Of a stretch of 47,080 bases of DNA, positions 45,548 to 47,080 are shown in pieces. The stretch comes from a virus (taxonomy: Duplodnaviria; Caudoviricetes): IMG/VR virus record IMGVR_UViG_3300020325_000026, positions 1 through 47,080 of that record; one strand, written 5' to 3'. The notes below the pieces were generated by a model that did no database searches, was not told the origin of the DNA, and worked only from the letters and a program-made list of their open reading frames with translations. Positions within the stretch are counted from its first letter, which is position 1, and each line of letters starts with the position of its first letter. Made by a program: the position numbers and the translations under genes.

Positions 45548-45878
45548 TTTGTCCGTATACGTCGCGTTTTTCAGTAATTTTATTGTTGTATGCTTCTTCC
45601 AATCCTGGTTCAGGATTGCTGATAGTCATAACACTGTCATATGGGATCTTATACTGCCAGTCAGAAGAGTATGGATTCCATTTGCTAAACCTGATTTGGT
45701 ATTCTGCACCTGCTGCTTCTGTTAGAAACTGTGGTGTGGAACCATCTAAGTGTAGCACATATGGTTCTTCCATGAGAAGACAGATGCCTTTACGATCTGC
45801 ACCTTCCTCATCGAAGATCTCTTTCAACTCAGCAATGACACGATCACCAGTCTTCAAAGTAAGAATAGATACCGCCAT
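45477..45878 (-). CDS. Hypothetical protein (paralog 1 of 3)
   Basis: LKTGDRVIAE...EPY...WNPYS...NP...Y pattern. Confidence 0.75.
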   Translation of the reverse strand: MAVSILTLKTGDRVIAELKEIFDEEGADRKGICLLMEEPYVLHLDGSTPQFLTEAAGAEYQIRFSKWNPYSSDWQYKIPYDSVMTISNPEPGLEEAYNNKITEKRDVYGQNDRNTTTPATEDEPQRSPSDPID

Positions 45879-45899
45879 AGTTAGAATGAGTTTGTAGTT

Positions 45900-45928
45900 A
45901 GTTTATCACCAAAAAAGGGCACCGTCAA
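45900..45928 (-). promoter_or_regulatory. Sigma70-type promoter TTGACG-17-TAAACT for the replication operon
   Basis: -35 at 45923-45928 (terminator loop), -10 at 45900-45905. Confidence 0.7.
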
Positions 45929-45936
45929 GTGCCCTT
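45911..45936 (-). terminator. Rho-independent terminator after hsp20
   Basis: AAGGGCAC-ttgacg-GTGCCCTT followed by a T-run. Confidence 0.85.
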
Positions 45937-45946
45937 GCGTGTTTAT

Positions 45947-46351
45947 TTAGAACCACTTCTTTCGCTTCTGTTTCTCGGGTAGTTCTTTCCTGAGAGTGAC
46001 AATCAATAGACCTGATTCAAATTCTACACTTTCAACCTCTACGTCATCTGCCATCTGCCAGTTGCGTGAGAATGTTCTATATGAAATACCTTTGTGTGAA
46101 TATTTTCTTTCTTTATCTGGTGGTGCTTTCTTTGCAGAAATTGTCAGAACATTTCGTTCAGTTGTGACTTCAATATCTCCATCTGCAAATCCTGCAAGAG
46201 CAACCTCAAGTATGGTTCTGCCATCATCTCCGTCAACCACATTGTATGGAGGGTAATTTGATCCACCACCAGCAATTGCTTCGAGTCTACTGAATGTTTC
46301 ATCTAGTCCGATTGAATAGGGGTTATACGATTCCCAGTTTACTGTTACCAT
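45947..46351 (-). CDS. hsp20: Small heat-shock protein (Hsp20/IbpA family)
   Basis: NYPPYN, EVALAGF, HKGISYRTFSR.W, GLL. Confidence 0.95.
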   Translation of the reverse strand: MVTVNWESYNPYSIGLDETFSRLEAIAGGGSNYPPYNVVDGDDGRTILEVALAGFADGDIEVTTERNVLTISAKKAPPDKERKYSHKGISYRTFSRNWQMADDVEVESVEFESGLLIVTLRKELPEKQKRKKWF

Positions 46352-46416
46352 TGTCCTTTAAAAGCGACGTGTACATGTGACCCGTTAGGCATCACAAGAA
46401 TATTTACACAGACAAT

Positions 46417-46451
46417 AAAAAATAGAGATACAGTACAAACCGTATCTCTAT
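46417..46451 (-). terminator. Rho-independent terminator after regA
   Basis: ATAGAGATACGG-tttgta-CTGTATCTCTAT followed by a T-run. Confidence 0.75.
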
Positions 46452-46496
46452 GTAAGGGTTTCCGACTATGTAGAGTGCCGCACGAAAGGCACGAAG

Positions 46497-46503
46497 TATT
46501 TAT
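46497..46503 (-). promoter_or_regulatory. T4-type late promoter (cATAAATA)
   Basis: Overlaps the regA stop codon; no protein-coding ORF before the terminator. Confidence 0.5.
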
Positions 46504-46925
46504 GATTCGGTTTTCTTCCGTCCAATATTATACTTAGACTCAAGCGTCCAATCATTTTTCTCTTTGAATGAGAGAACTTTGATCTGGTTTAGTGGTGCTA
46601 GATCAGAAATCTGATCTGCATTTACTACAGTGATTAGTCCCCAATCACTGAGAAGTTGTACAATACGATTACGTCGTTGAACATCGTTCAAAGAAAGATT
46701 AGTTTTCTTACCATCAAGAGCGAACAACTCTTTGAAGTGAACGATATAATACTTGCCTTGCTTATGCAGAATATGGCAGGACTGATAGATCTTCTTTTCT
46801 TTACGTGACGCTACACCAATACGAGTTAGTGTCTCTCTCACTTTGAGGAAGTCATCGGGTTCACCCAAGACTACTTCAACCATGTCAGTTTGTTTCCACT
46901 GAACTTCAATAATTTCGCCACTCAT
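46500..46925 (-). CDS. regA: Translational repressor RegA
   Basis: DDFLKVRETLTRIGVAS...QSCHILHKQGKYYIVHFKEL. Confidence 0.97.
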   Translation of the reverse strand: MSGEIIEVQWKQTDMVEVVLGEPDDFLKVRETLTRIGVASRKEKKIYQSCHILHKQGKYYIVHFKELFALDGKKTNLSLNDVQRRNRIVQLLSDWGLITVVNADQISDLAPLNQIKVLSFKEKNDWTLESKYNIGRKKTES

Positions 46926-47080
46926 TGTCTGCCACCTTTATTTAATATTTTTGCAATGTGATCGAGCTGATCCTTGGTGAGAATTCTGAGTGCTTGGAGT
47001 GCCTTATCGTCATTATAACCATAATACTCTTTGACTAACTCAAGATAATCAATAGAATCTTTTCTTGCCCAAGGAGAGAA
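46922..47080 (-). CDS. gp62: Clamp loader small subunit, C-terminal part (truncated by window edge)
   Basis: FSPWARKD...LVKEYYGYNDDKA..AL.IL...NKGG; ATGA overlap with regA; T4 synteny. Confidence 0.88.
   Translation of the reverse strand, partial: FSPWARKDSIDYLELVKEYYGYNDDKALQALRILTKDQLDHIAKILNKGGRQ

Overview
A 47-kb segment of a T4-like marine cyanomyovirus, probably infecting Synechococcus (host inferred from the pcyA/petF/talC genes and the tRNA set). Almost everything is on the minus strand. Reading from the right end: gp62 (partial), regA, hsp20, three tandem paralogous small proteins, gp43 DNA polymerase, uvsX, gp41 helicase, a flavin-dependent (PrnA/VirX1-like) halogenase, mazG and petF. 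Next come a late block of head-associated or unknown proteins (including a nucleotidyltransferase and an Ig-domain protein), then gp61 primase, nrdA, nrdB, pcyA, a GIY-YIG nuclease and a signal-peptide lysozyme. These are followed by five tRNAs, talC, glutaredoxin, an orphan Phd/YefM-like protein, a 2OG-Fe(II) oxygenase and a ~200-nt structured RNA with three tandem pseudoknot-like units (manA-like). A late tail/fibre block includes a subtilisin fused to a blue-copper-like domain. The left end holds a convergent cluster of secreted and membrane proteins of unknown function. A coherent transcription map can be read from the sequence: four sigma70-type promoters, about a dozen ATAAATA-type late promoters, terminators, and two hairpins that gate translation of late genes. 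The best candidates for undescribed biology are the plus-strand secreted paralog module (1-1654), the triple-pseudoknot RNA, the S8-cupredoxin protein, a possible overprinted membrane ORF next to the lysozyme, and a small RNA after regA. All family assignments come from motif recognition by eye; no searches were run.
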